From Mobula hypostoma (lineage: Eukaryota), in NCBI RefSeq assembly GCF_963921235.1, contig NC_086097.1, positions 209,872,001 to 209,936,000 on the forward strand: a DNA stretch of 64,000 nt, read 5' to 3'. How positions within the stretch are numbered: the stretch's first letter is position 1; every line of letters begins with the position of its first letter. The translations under genes were made by a program, and so were the position numbers. The notes beneath the pieces were generated by a model. It did not search any database, was not told the origin of the DNA, and was given only the letters and a program-made list of their open reading frames with translations. Shown here one piece after another: positions 50,959-63,380 of the stretch.

Positions 50959-53924
50959 ATTATAACAAGTGAATAATATTTCACACAGTCAGAAACCATT
51001 AATTGACAGTTCAAAAAGGTATTTTATTGGAATGTATTAAAAACAAGTAACTTTAAAAATTTCAAAATAAGCCCGATTTTACAATGATCAAATGCATTTA
51101 GCAATTAAAATTGTTAATCAAGTATTTAATCACTAGATAAAAAGTTTTTAATCAGAATAAAACAGCTGACAGCATGTTTCTTACAATTAAAATAATCATT
51201 ACTGTGCATGTTGTATCGATAGTAGCAAGATTAGTTACGACTCCATTTCCATTTCACTATAAGACTTTTAACACAGTATAATGAAACTCTACAGAACAGA
51301 TAGCAGTGTGCTGACATGATAACACTTATGCCATTTGAGATCCACCGATTTTGGCGCCTGACCAGCAATGAAATTACAACAACTTGAATTCGGTATGACC
51401 CTCATAACTATTGCTTTACAAATGCAAAATTAGTATCCACACCCTGATAAACTTGAGTACTTTTTCCGGAAAGATTTAAGCATCAGAGAATACAAATCTT
51501 AGAACAAGATCTCAGTATATCAGAAATATACCACTTTGCCGAACTATTTCATAGGTAACATTAGTAAGGGAGGGGCAGCTTGTGTCAGTACAATGTATTA
51601 TAAACCTTGCTTTCTATTGAAGCATATTATGATTATACCCATCATTGCTACTTTTATAACTCCATTAAGGACACATGGTTGTTTCAGTTGGAAATGTAAC
51701 AAAAAAGACATTCAATTTTTTGACTCAGTACCTTCCCCTGAATAACAGCTTCTGTCACCAGTGCTAAATGATTGCTGACAATACCACTTACAGCAGCAAT
51801 GCCTTCCACCACACCCACTCCAGCTGTAGGCAAATACACAGCCCTCTCTCCACATTCACACAAGGAGCTGTTGATAAAAAGGTAATGAAAATGTCACAAA
51901 CAATCCTTATGCTTGGAAAGATCACAAAATAGCACTGTTACAAATAAGCTATTAATTTTAATTCCTGTCAGAGAATGTGAAGTTCTCAAGTGTACTTCTG
52001 GATGCACAAGACATCAATACAAAGGCTGTATATTACATCTTTTATGAAAAAGAATTCAGAATGTTACTGTCACTGCCAAATTATCTAAACTATTTAGCTT
52101 TGTCAACACTAATACATTTTCCAGACTGGCACAAGTGTATTTTAAAAGGCAATTTTAAATTCAGTCCATTCTCAATGAAATCTTGTATACCAGCAATTTA
52201 AATATAATACCACTTATAGGTATTTTACATCATCATGGTAGCCAATTTGGGTGAACATATTACTTATTACATTTTTCCACATTCATTGTAGTTCTCTGCA
52301 AAAACCTTTTAAACATAACTGGTCTCTTTGATCTTCAGTTAAGCAAGAAAAGTGGCCTGAAATGTTTTAACACATTGGATTTACACAGAACTTCAGTAGT
52401 ACACAGTATTTGCAGATGGAAAACTTGATATACAAATACAACTGCTGTACGAAAGCAATTGGAAAAAGTAAATTTGATGAGTTGTTGATTTTTGAATCCT
52501 GATTTTGTACATCACCAGTTCAATAGAAAATCCAACCTATTCAGATGTCACAAGATCTTTCAGTAACTGGAATAGAACGGCTTTCTAACGTTAGTATCTG
52601 CTCAATTACATAAAATTGATCATTTAAAAACAATGGGAAAGAGACATTACCATTATCTTTTACATGCTGGCAAAATACTTTGCTCTGATAAGTTGGCTAT
52701 TCCTCATGATGAAGCACAGGCAGTGATAGTAATACATTAGGCAGTCTTCTGAGAACACTTTCCTTCATCCTTTTCGGTTATTTATTTTGATTTACACAAT
52801 CCTAATAAAAAATTAATGCACAGTACTCATGATATAACAAACTTTCTAAAAAGGGATAAAAGATAATGGTAATGTAACAAAAACTACTTTGCGGCCAATT
52901 ATGCACACAATTACTTTACCACAATGAAGGATTCAAAATCAATCATGTACATAGAAACATTATATGTGGCATACACCTCTGTCCCTGAACAACATAAGAT
53001 TTTATTTTTGTGCTCCTTTGGTAAATATGCAATCTTAGTAGCTTAACAAACTTTGTGCTCATTTCATTGTGCCACCAATACAAGTATAAATGCCTGCACC
53101 TTCGCAAGCTTTACCCAAAGATGTTTGGTTTCTTTATCCTCTTCTAAAGCTAGTGTCTCACATGATGCATTAGTATGGTCTGTTGCCAATCCAAGATTGA
53201 GACTAGACATTGATTGATCACTTTACTTAACCAGGATACAGGCTTCACTTTTTTTTACACTTTGTCAATTAGTTTATTGACAAGACCTTACCAAAACAGC
53301 TTTTACATCCCTAGCTCAACTATTGAATTGACCTAGATGTCTAATATAAACAGCATGAATGTTAGGCAAGTCTGAGAAACAAACCAGGGCCTCAGTAGTC
53401 TGTTGATTTCATTAACTGATACTGTTAACAAATGAGGGGGGAATAAAAGTGATTTGCATTTAAATTCAGTTGGGAATAACTTGATTGGAATTTTCAGATG
53501 ATTTTTGTATTAGAACACTTTATTAAGACCCATCTAAAGAGAACACCATGATTATAACTAGAGAAAAACTTCACCTCCGAGTAGCAGAAAGTGGTGTTTC
53601 ATCTTTTCTACTGAACTTCGATTTCAACCCTACATGAAAATATGCATTAGTTTAACACTATCATGGACCAATTTCATTTAAACCTAGTAAGCTCTGGATT
53701 TTAATAATTGAACTCAAATACCTAAGTAAATAAATACTATATTGTTTTCTTTTAATCTTTTAGGTATTCTAGATAACAAATATTTCAGCACATTTTCATG
53801 CTCAAACATGAATTATTCCGATACTTCTCAAACAGAAATATTCTGAAAGTTGAAGAGCTTTAAAAGGCAGAACCTTTTCTCTCTAAAAATTGTATTAAAA
53901 TGGCTTTGTGCAAATTAGGTCATG

Positions 53925-54690
53925 TCTAAGTTACCAGAAAAGTTGATGAAGGAACGGCAGTAGATATGGTCTACAGAGACTTTAGCAAGGCCTTTGACAA
54001 GGTCCGTCATGGGAGTTTGGTCAAGAAGGTACAGTCACTTGGCATGAGGTAGTAAATTGGATTAGACATTCTTCATAGGAGAAGCCAGAGAGTGGTTACC
54101 TCTCTGACTGGTGGCCTGTGACTAGAGGAGTGCTGCAAGGATCTGTGCTGGATGTTGTTCGTCATCTATACCAATGATCTGGGTGGTATGTAGTAAACTG
54201 GATCATCAGATTTGCAGAAGACACCATCATTTGGGGGTTAGTGGACAGCGAGGAAAACTACCATAGTTTGCAGTGTGATGTGGATCAGCTGGAAAAATGG
54301 GCAAACCAGGGTAGGACTTACTCAGTGATCAGTAGGACATTGAGGAATGTGGTTGAACAGAGGAATCTGGGGATATAGATTCATAATTTGTTGAAAGTGG
54401 AATCACAGTAAGATAGGATTGTAAAGAGAGCTTTTGGCACATTGACATTCATAAATCAAAGTACTGACAACAGGAGTTGGGATGTTATGTTGAAGCTGAA
54501 TAACACATTGGTGAGGCCTAATCTGCAGTATTGTGTGCAGTTCTGGTCACCTACCTACAGAAAAAATATCAATAAAATTGAAAAAGTGCTAAGAAAATTT
54601 ACAAGGATGTTGCCAGGACTCAGGTTTGGGCCCAAGTTACAGAGAAAGGTTGAATAGGTATGAATTTATTCCCTGAAGCGTGGGAAAATC
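53925..54690 (+). mobile_element. Old CR1 RT fragment
   Basis: DFSKAFDKV, FAEDT and LVRPNLQYCVQFWSP, with many lesions. Confidence 0.88.
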
Positions 54691-55502
54691 TGGATTTATC
54701 TGGACTAGAACCAGAAGTTTCTCTTTTAAAAAAATGACTTGGTTCCCCTGCTGCAGCATAGTAAGCCTCTTAACAGAATCAACACTTTAAAACAAATAAA
54801 GATACTCAAAAACTCTCAGGAACACAATTGTTAAAATAAGATCGGTTCCTTCTGAACGATATTGCTCCTGAAATTTTATATTGCTCTGAAAAAAGTGCTT
54901 AATGGTAAGATGCAAAGTCAAGTCTTATTTCAACAAGTGGCAAAGGCATTTCAAGTTTCTGAATAGCAGGCATTGGCACTTGTATTGACAAAGGAACCAA
55001 GCAAATTACATTATTATAAATCATATTTATATAAGCAATATAAAGAGAGAAATAAAACAAGTTGAGAATTTAAAAGTTTTCATCCCTAACAAATACAAGC
55101 AATTTAGATACAACTTTACAAAAAGTGTCAAGGAAAAAAATCAGAAACCTGCAATAGCCAACTTAAAATAAGAACCTACAGCAGAATCTCTTGTGTTAAC
55201 AAAAAATATTTGCAATTTGGCATTTCCAGTGGTCTGGGAGGAAATAATGAAGAGTCCATTCTAAACAATTAAATGTCAGCAGTAATAATCAATATTTAAA
55301 CTTTAGCAAGAAAGACATTTTAAATATACGTACAATAATTAAATTCAGGATACGATAGAAACACAAACACCATCTAAAGTAGGTTTGAAATTTATAAGCC
55401 AATTTCCAACCTCAATTTATGTGCACCTGAGTAATCCATTCCAGACCATTTTTTTCTTCAAAATATAGAGATGCTTTATAACTTTAATTTAAAAGCAGTA
55501 TA

Positions 55503-56308
55503 CAGTGAATTCCAATTAATTGGGCCATCAGTTAATTAGTGCAGCCACTTATATGGGACAACTCTTAAAGAACAAAAACTAATCAAGAAAGTGGTCAGGA
55601 TTCCCTTCATTTAGTTGGGGCACTGTGCTGCTTAGTTGGAACAGGATATTGTTGCCCAACAGTTTCTAACTAGCGTCAGCCACATGCATTCATGTGGCCA
55701 TTAGACACCACACCATGCTCAGAGTGAACAGCTTTTAAATAGCATCAGTTGCATGTGTTGTATCAAAAAGCAGTGATTTTTGTCATTGATAACTTGGTGA
55801 CAAATAAGCATTTTGCTCACCGTGGTTTCAAGTATTTAGGCTTAGATGCCAGAAACAGCCAGGAGTTAAAATGAAATGATTTCACTACTTCAGCAAGTTA
55901 GGAACTATGAAGAATTAAGGTACTGACAATCATCTTGAATGTCACAATGAAAAAAAAAGACTTGAAGGATATAATCATAGAAAACATTGGATGAAGGCAG
56001 TCCATTATTTGCACGAGGTGCCTATGCTGATTTTGTTCATTTAGTCAATCAAAAAAAAATGCAGCAGCGTACACTGCATGAATTCCTCCATCAATAACTA
56101 TTTGGAACTAACACACAGTTTTATAGTACTGTAGTAGTATTATTAATATTCTAATTTGTTCTGTATTTCATTTAAATATATAATTTTGCAGTTTGTCTTT
56201 CTTATACCATTCAACTATTTTCTTGAATCTTTGGCTTATTAAGGCAGCCGCTTTATTGGGCCAACAATGTACTGGTCCCAATGTGTCCCAATTAACCAGA
56301 ACCCACTG
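55503..56308. mobile_element. Tigger/pogo-like non-autonomous DNA transposon
   Basis: TA|cagtgaattccaattaattggg ... cccaattaaccagaacccactg|TA. Confidence 0.82.
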
Positions 56309-57644
56309 TATAAGGATTATCACAGCAAACAAAGTACAGATCAACATTACTAATAGAATTTATTAAGGAATGCAAAAGAAAAATATTTTGGTCAATGTTA
56401 TGACATCAGGACCCTAGAATTTCAAGTACAATTTCCTACTTACAAATATTGCAATCAGGATTTTAAATTTTATACGAGGAACATGAATGAGCTATGACTG
56501 GTCACAAACAGGATCACTGAAAAAGTAATCAAAATATATTAAATGTTTTGACCCATATGCAAGCAGAATCTGCTCACATAGAATATTACAGCCCAACATT
56601 TGATATTGTTCAATTCAAATAAAAATTCCATATTTAAATACATTCATTCCATGGATCAGCAACTATGGATAATCTTAAAGGGATATTCACATTAAAAAAG
56701 TGAACATTACAAAAAGCACCAAGAGGAAGTTTCTGAAGCTGTGCTTCTCAGAATATTTAGTGCAGTGAAGTGCAGCATATGGATCATTCATTCTTTATTG
56801 TGTAAGTGCTCTGGCTCACAATGCAAGAGTCTTGTACAACTGGGAGCCAAACCTGAAATAAACAAGTTGTCTTTACCAAATGTAATGGCTGTTCTTTCCA
56901 TGCCTACTTTCTTACAGTAAATGGGATCACATTTTATACTTGGAATATTTTGTTATGCAAAATATCAGCTTTGTGAATTATTAAAAAACATAATTTAAAT
57001 CTAATGTTTCTATCTTTTTAAGTGTAACAAGATGAAAAACATTTTGTGTGTATTGCTTTGCAATAAGTACTATATGTTATCAGAACTCTTCAAGCAGCCA
57101 TTATAAGTTAGATAAATTTGCTGCCCAATTACTTATTCCTGTATTTATTAATTTGGTTCAGTCTTGGAAAAAGAAAACACTTTGGCAACAAATTAATGAC
57201 AGCATTGCTAGAGGTGAAATTTCTTTAAATCTTATTTGGTATCTGGATTGATCATGTAGAAATGGAAAAAAGAATTAAAATAGATGGAAAATAAAATTGC
57301 AACTGTGATTTCATCCAGAATTGGTCAGTACTACTTCTACTCACCTATACTTTACTACAGTGCTCATCTAACAGGGAAATTTAACTTCCACATTGTTCAC
57401 ATTGGAACACAAGATACTAGTCCAAACAATAGAAATACCAACTGTAGGACAAAAAAAAGCTTCCGCTAGCTCAAAGTTGACTGGATTTAATTGGAATGTT
57501 CCAATTTGCATATAAATATCTAAATGTTGAATAAAATGGGACGATGACGGCAATCTCAGCCCCAAATTAGAATGTTGCAGGACTCATGATCAGCAACTCT
57601 TAAGACTTGACAAATAATACTGCTTAAGACAGCAAAATTGACTA

Positions 57645-57850
57645 CAATACACAGCATGTACTTGAGGAGCTCAGCAGGTCAGGCAGCATCTGTGGATGGG
57701 GATAAACAGCTGACGTTTCAGGGCCCCTGATGAAGAGTCTCGGCGGCCAGAAACATCGACTGTTTATTCTCATCCATGGTGCCTGACACTGAGCTCCTCC
57801 AGCACATTGAGTGTATTGCTCTAGACATCCTGCATCTGCGGTACCTAGTG
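57645..57850. mobile_element. Older head-to-head Penelope-like fold-back insertion
   Basis: Inverted arms ~57645-57722 and ~57748-57820. Plus strand CTGATGAagagtctcggcggccaGAAACATCgactg at 57727-57762. Confidence 0.8.
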
Positions 57851-59611
57851 TCTACGTTCAACTATGTGTTTTGAATGAGTTGTTAAATCAACTTGCTATC
57901 TGCTTGTTCAAGGTACTGCAAAATATTTCATTAACATTACTCAAAAAGTCAGGGGAGTTCTCCTTGCCCATGAAACATATAAACCTGGCAATGCTTCCAA
58001 AATCAGATTACTAGCACATTTGTTGTTTGTGGGAACTGCTCAGTACATACAGGCTCCTGTATTTACTAAATGTGATTATATCAAGAAAATCATTGTAATG
58101 TGTTCTGGATTATCCTATTGTAAAATAAACTATATAATTTACATTTCTTTGAGGCCTGTATTATAAAACATTGTTTTCTTTAAGAAACTGCCCAAATTTC
58201 AAGAGGTGGCCAAAAAAAAACAAATCAGCCCAACTTAGTTAAATTCCACTTTATCATGCAATGACATAGGCATGTTATTATAGCTTAAAATTTATAAGGG
58301 TACCATCCAGATACACTGAGAAAAATATGTATTTTAAATAATAAATTCCTTAACTTTTAAAATTTAGATCTATGGTCGTGTCACTAACTGAAACAATATA
58401 GTTGTTTTTGAATTAAAGAAATAAAATTGTAATGCTTTGAATTAAAGAAATAAATTTGTACTTCGAAAGGTTATTTTAAATAAAAATGATTTCAAGTTGT
58501 CAAACATGATGGCCAGATCATACAAAAGTGATCAACACCAGTTAAAATATGGGATGCTGGTTCCAGTTATGGTGTAAATGCATTTGATAGGCATATTCCC
58601 CGCCCCCCAGTAAAGCTGGGTGTTGAGCATCTTAGACAGGAAATGCAGAATAATTTACAGTAACTTTTGCAAATCAATTTATTTCCTACAATTTTGGAAT
58701 TGTATTCTATTTATCTTAGACTCTGGAAATGCTGAATCAGTGCAAGATTTCTTGATGTCAGATTGTAAATTCACATGAAGTTACAACCTACAACTCATTA
58801 ATAGTAAACCAAGGTAAACTGAACAGTTTTTGCTACACGTGATCACCTTGAACATTCTCAAAACAGATAAAAGCATTCAGTTTTAGGTGGTATGTACTGT
58901 AAATATATCCCAAATCAATGAGAATTACCTCGCCGACTGCTAAAGAGCATACTATTGGGAGAAGACTACTTGTTTTATTGAAACATTACTATGTGCACAA
59001 GCTGCATTAATGGGTTATGAACATAGAATGAAATATCAAAATGAGATAATATCATCTATTTAAAAACAAAAACTTGGAGACAAAAGAGTGATATCTTTAA
59101 TGCATGTGGACGTTCTGGTATCAGCCTGGCATCATTAACAAACATTTCCAATATTTAATTTGGTGAATATATTTTCAGATGTTTATAATTATATCCACTA
59201 CCCACAATTTGACAGGTATCCATCTCCTGTGGAGGTCGTCTCCATTACTCTAGCAATCCTATTCTCCAGCCCACTTATGAAGGCATTTGGCACCTCCGTT
59301 TATGACCACCTACCAACAGATTCCAAGGAAAAGCTTCTGGTCCTTCCTTACTCAGTGTATTACACTATATCTATATCTAACTGAGGTCAAGAATGTAATG
59401 GAGAGAGGTATTTGATACAGCATATTGAACATCCAACTTTTCATACCAAAGCTGATTAGGAAATTGATAAGAACATTAATACTGGCACAAAAGAATTGTT
59501 CAATAGAGTAATTTTAATGCATAACAAGACATTATTCAGTATTTGTATAGATTCTTGAAAATGAAAATGTTTTAAAAAGTGTTCTTTAAATGAGTTCTTA
59601 AAAGCATACAA

Positions 59612-59716
59612 TCATTCATTTTTTTGTCTCCAGTGAACACGCTCTAAAAGGGCTCGTAGAATATTTCCAGGTATTATTTGGTGTTTGTCTATTAGGTTCT
59701 GCACAGCTTGCTTTGC
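59612..59716 (-). CDS. TMEM68: TMEM68 last coding exon, to stop codon
   Basis: tttttcatcctag|GCA AAG CAA GCT GTG ... AAT GAA TGA, i.e. AKQAVQNLIDKHQIIPGNILRALLERVHWRQKNE*. Phase 0 matches the upstream donor; matches the TMEM68 C-terminal LIDKHQ.IPGNI..ALLER motif. Confidence 0.94.
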   Translation of the reverse strand, partial: AKQAVQNLIDKHQIIPGNILRALLERVHWRQKNE

Positions 59717-60696
59717 CTAGGATGAAAAAGTTACATGTGAAAATGTTACAGCCTTGAGCCTTATACAATAATAATGCTAACTTCAAAACATATTACAGTT
59801 TGCAAACAACCTGCCTCAATTCATGCGGGAACCAGCAAATACCGTTTTTAAGTTCTTCATACGTCCACCAACTCAAACCAAATCTTACTGCTCACTTAAA
59901 CTGCACAAGATAATAATCACAAACTTGCCTTTGGATACTGCAACAACTACACAGGTGAGCATTCTTACGTCTTTCTTCATTTTTGGAGACAACTTCCAAA
60001 CACAAAGCAAAACTAGGAACTTGTTTCATGGAATCCTCAAGCATATAATTATGTGAAATAGTGAGGCAAAAAAAAAATCAACCAGACAAATCACACTAGC
60101 TATGGCTAGAATGTCCAAGGGAATGCCAGGTATTCAACATTCCCACACAAACATGCCTTAGACTTATGTTGCTCGACTGTCAATCCAGACTTTTAACGGT
60201 GCGGTAGACATCACAAGATTTGGCACTCTGCTCCGTTATCAGACTCCAGATTAGCCATCTATCTCAGTCCTATGCATTTCAGAAGCTGCCATCAAAACCG
60301 ATAACCTATTCACCTTGCTGACTAGAGAAATTGAAAGCATTTATTTCAACAATTTACTGATGTTTAACGTGACTATTTGTAACTTTAAAAATCAATTCAT
60401 TGAACACTTCTATCAGGTTTTAAACGGGTCAATATCAGAAGCATAAAAAGTTTTAAAATCCTTACAGCCTTTGACAGAAGACAAAGTTCTGATCCCCAGC
60501 TTAGCCTTCTATCAAAGGTCATCGCACTGAGGTCTCACTTTGCTTCAGAACCCAAATCCAGGGTGAAGGTGGTCAAAGAGATTAACTCTCTAGCCCTTTT
60601 ACAGTGCAAGAAGCAGGGATCATAAACAGTAATTCCAGGATTTGTCCCATGCTCATTATGAGAGAACCCAATAAACTTAACAGAAAAATAAGTTAC

Positions 60697-60836
60697 CTTT
60701 TCAGCCAGCTCAGCAGCAGTTATATTGGGATCATAAGGAATAGGGTCACCCAAATAGGTGCAAAACTTGACAGGAAATCCTCCATAAATAGGAACAAATG
60801 GCCATTTAAACTTTTCATACAACCATTTACAAATGC
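60697..60836 (-). CDS. TMEM68: TMEM68 penultimate coding exon, 140 nt
   Basis: ttatcttttaacag|GC ATT TGT AAA TGG ... GCT GAA AAG|gtaact. Encodes (G)ICKWLYEKFKWPFVPIYGGFPVKFCTYLGDPIPYDPNITAAELAEK, with the recognisable TMEM68 YGGFPVK..TYLGDPIPYD motif. Part of ORF 60535..60822. Confidence 0.95.
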
Positions 60837-61199
60837 CTGTTAAAAGATAAGCGTGAAGTTAGTCTGCCTATTTCATGTCTGTCCTTCCATAGAGCATGTC
60901 ATTTCAATATGAAGAAAGTGAACAATTTAACAAGTCTGATAAATAAGCGTTTGGCTTAAATATACTACTTACAACTGAATCTAAAAACCTGCACAAACCA
61001 ACTGTCTATTTGTTTAGGAATATTGTTCATTATTTGTCACATTATTAGCATTACTATTGTTACTCATAAGTTGTTTTTAAAAGTGATGTGGAATTGCATC
61101 CTACTTTTTCCATCAAAGCCATTTTGATTAAGAAAGGGATTTCTAAATTAAAAGGCATACATATTAATTTATACAATGTTAAACATTCATTCAATTATG

Positions 61200-61710
61200 G
61201 AATTGCTATCTCTTTCATCTCAAATCCACACCCCTCTGCTCCCCTCCCACACCTCCCCGGGCCCCTGTTACTCAGTTTCTTCCCCCCCCCCCACCACCAG
61301 ATTCCATCTGCCTACAATGCATACACTGAACCCACAAGTTTACCTCCACCCTCCTACTACTGTCCCCAACTTGCTCATCATCTCTGTCAGCTGGTTCCAT
61401 TCAACACCTTCCTTGCTTATCCGATTCCATAATCTACAATCTTTTTTGTCTCCACTTATCATCTCTGAGCCTCTGCTGATATACAATATCTATCCTTCTC
61501 TCCCCTATCTGCCCATCAACCCCTCATTACCTGGATCCACCTATCATTTGACAGCTCCTGCCTTAGCCTCCCTTTACCTTGTTATGCTGGCTCTCTCCTC
61601 TCAACAGCCTCAGTTCTAATGTAATGTCTCAGTCTGAAACATCACTATCCTTTTGCCGCCACACATGCTACCCGAGTCGCTAAGCTCCTCCAGCAGCTTG
61701 AATTTTTACT
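61200..61710 (+). mobile_element. Degenerate Penelope-like 3' end in a TMEM68 intron
   Basis: C/T-rich tract followed by cagttctaatgtaatgtctcagtctgaaacatc and the family tail. Confidence 0.6.
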
Positions 61711-61864
61711 CCTGAAAGAATCTATCACTTCCGCAAGATTATGTTATCATTTCGATTACTATCAGGATTACTCCCAATTCACATGTAAATCATTCTTATT
61801 TAGTCAAATGCAATTTATGTAATAAGAATGCTCGAAATTCAAAGATTGAAATAAAAGTGAAACA

Positions 61865-62765
61865 TTTTATTTATCTTATTTTGTTTAACAATACAATATG
61901 AAGTAGGCCTTCCGGCCTTTCAAGCCATGCTGCCCCAGCAACTCCCGACAAATGTCAGACATCCCACCCTGCAAAAACTCATTTCAGGGAGGTAGCACCA
62001 TCAATTTGCGGGAGACTTCCGGGAGAGTTGGGATGTCTGCAATAGAGTATCTCCTTAGCAGCTGGCCAGCTAGTTTAAATAACGTTAGCTATGCTAATGA
62101 ACGAATGACCCCTGTTAAACTCACCTCAACATGTCTTTTACAGTCTTAACCCACCATGGGCAATAGAAAAGTCACTGTTGCAAACAGTGCGGCGAGCAAC
62201 ACTGTCATTATTTTGACCCCTATTAGGCAGGGGTACACTTTAGTGTAGTCTGGGGTGACGTACGTTTTATATTTTTTTGGAACAGTCTGCAATGGCGCGC
62301 TCTCTCTCTCATTCTCTCATGGTCGCTCGCGCGCTCTCGCTTGCTTTCTCTCTCGCTCGCTCTCTCTCCCTCTCTCGCTCGCTCACGCACTCACTTGCCT
62401 TCGCTCTCGCGCTCTCTCTTGCTTTTCTCTCGCTCGCTCTCAAAAAAATTGATTTCCGTGATATTGTATATAATTTGCAGGCATCAGGGAGCCACTATTA
62501 ATATGCGGGAGACTCCCAGAACTTCCGGGAGAGGTGGGATGTCTGAAATGCTAACCTAATCACGGCACAATTTACAATGACCAATTAACCTACCCAGTAC
62601 ATCTTTGGCCTGTGGAAAGAAACCGGAGGACCTGGAGAAAACCCACACATTCCACAGGGAGGAGGTACAGAGACACCTTACAGAACAGCGGCAGAATAGA
62701 TCACCAAACTCTGGGATGCTCTGAGCTGCAATAGTGTCGTGCTAACCACTACACCACCCTGGCAC
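61865..62765 (-). mobile_element. V-SINE/HE1-like SINE interrupted by a DNA transposon
   Basis: 62550-62765 carries the reverse complement of the V-domain and tRNA-like head; the tail resumes at 61865-61950. Confidence 0.7.
61956..62545. mobile_element. Non-autonomous DNA transposon (hAT-like termini) containing a (CT/CGCT)n microsatellite at ~62295-62440
   Basis: 13-bp TIR cagacatcccacc / ggtgggatgtctg; flanks aaatgt / aaatgc. Internal second copy of the right end at ~62005-62039. Confidence 0.78.
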
Positions 62766-62981
62766 CCCATATAACACAATGCAGTAATTGAAATCCACAT
62801 CTTTCCCAAGATTCAGCAACAACTGTTCGCTTATTCTGAAACACACTGGAAACTCCAGAAGATAATAAAACTGGAGCAAAATGTGAGCTGATGCAAGACG
62901 GTGTGGTCATTCCATCAGATATTTGAATATGCACATTACTCCAATGTGAATATTTTTAAAAACAAAGCCCTTTAACTGTAG

Positions 62982-63036
62982 CAACACACATAAAAGTTGC
63001 TGGTGAACACAGCAGGCCAGGCAGCATCTCTAGGAA
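62982..63036 (-). mobile_element. 55-bp Penelope-like tail insertion
   Basis: 12-bp TSD ctttaactgtag at 62970-62981 and 63037-63048; sequence matches the 35.5 kb and 21.5 kb tails. Confidence 0.85.
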
Positions 63037-63112
63037 CTTTAACTGTAGACAACATTGCTAACTCTTCAACTGTGCACTTAATACTCAGCAGAACAACTCT
63101 GAATCTACTTAC

Positions 63113-63173
63113 CAAAGCATCCAAATGTTCTAAATCCTTCTCGAATATTCCGTGTAAACATAGGAATAATGGG
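63113..63173 (-). CDS. TMEM68: TMEM68 (DIESL acyltransferase-family membrane protein), internal coding exon, 61 nt
   Basis: Minus strand reads ttacaattttag|CCC ATT ATT CCT ATG TTT ACA CGG AAT ATT CGA GAA GGA TTT AGA ACA TTT GGA TGC TTT G|gtaagt, i.e. PIIPMFTRNIREGFRTFGCF. This matches the TMEM68 PIIPMFTQNIREG motif as I recall it. Too short for the ORF track. Ends in phase 1, compatible with the next exon. Confidence 0.93.
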
Positions 63174-63271
63174 CTAAAATTGTAAATAATCATAGAATTA
63201 AACAGACTATTTAAAACAGATTACAAAAACATTTCACACCTCTGAAAATCTTTATAAAATACATCTTATAA

Positions 63272-63380
63272 CCATATAACAATTACAGCATGGATACAGG
63301 CCATCTCGGCCCTTCTAGTCCGTGCCAAACGCTTACTCTCACCTAGTCCCACCTACCTGCACTTGGCCCATAACCCTCAA
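63272..63380 (-). mobile_element. CR1 3' tail
   Basis: Reverse complement of the tail type ending the 19718-21250 element (ataaccatataacaattacagca). Confidence 0.75.

Noticed and set aside
58407..58460. 29-bp tandem duplication (similar ones at ~23645-23705 and ~24028-24068)
   Set aside because: Ordinary two-copy slippage duplications with no further structure.
60535..60696. Continuation of the TMEM68 ORF past AELAEK
   Set aside because: It reads through a canonical gtaact donor into intron; the conserved C-terminus is in the exon at 59612-59716.
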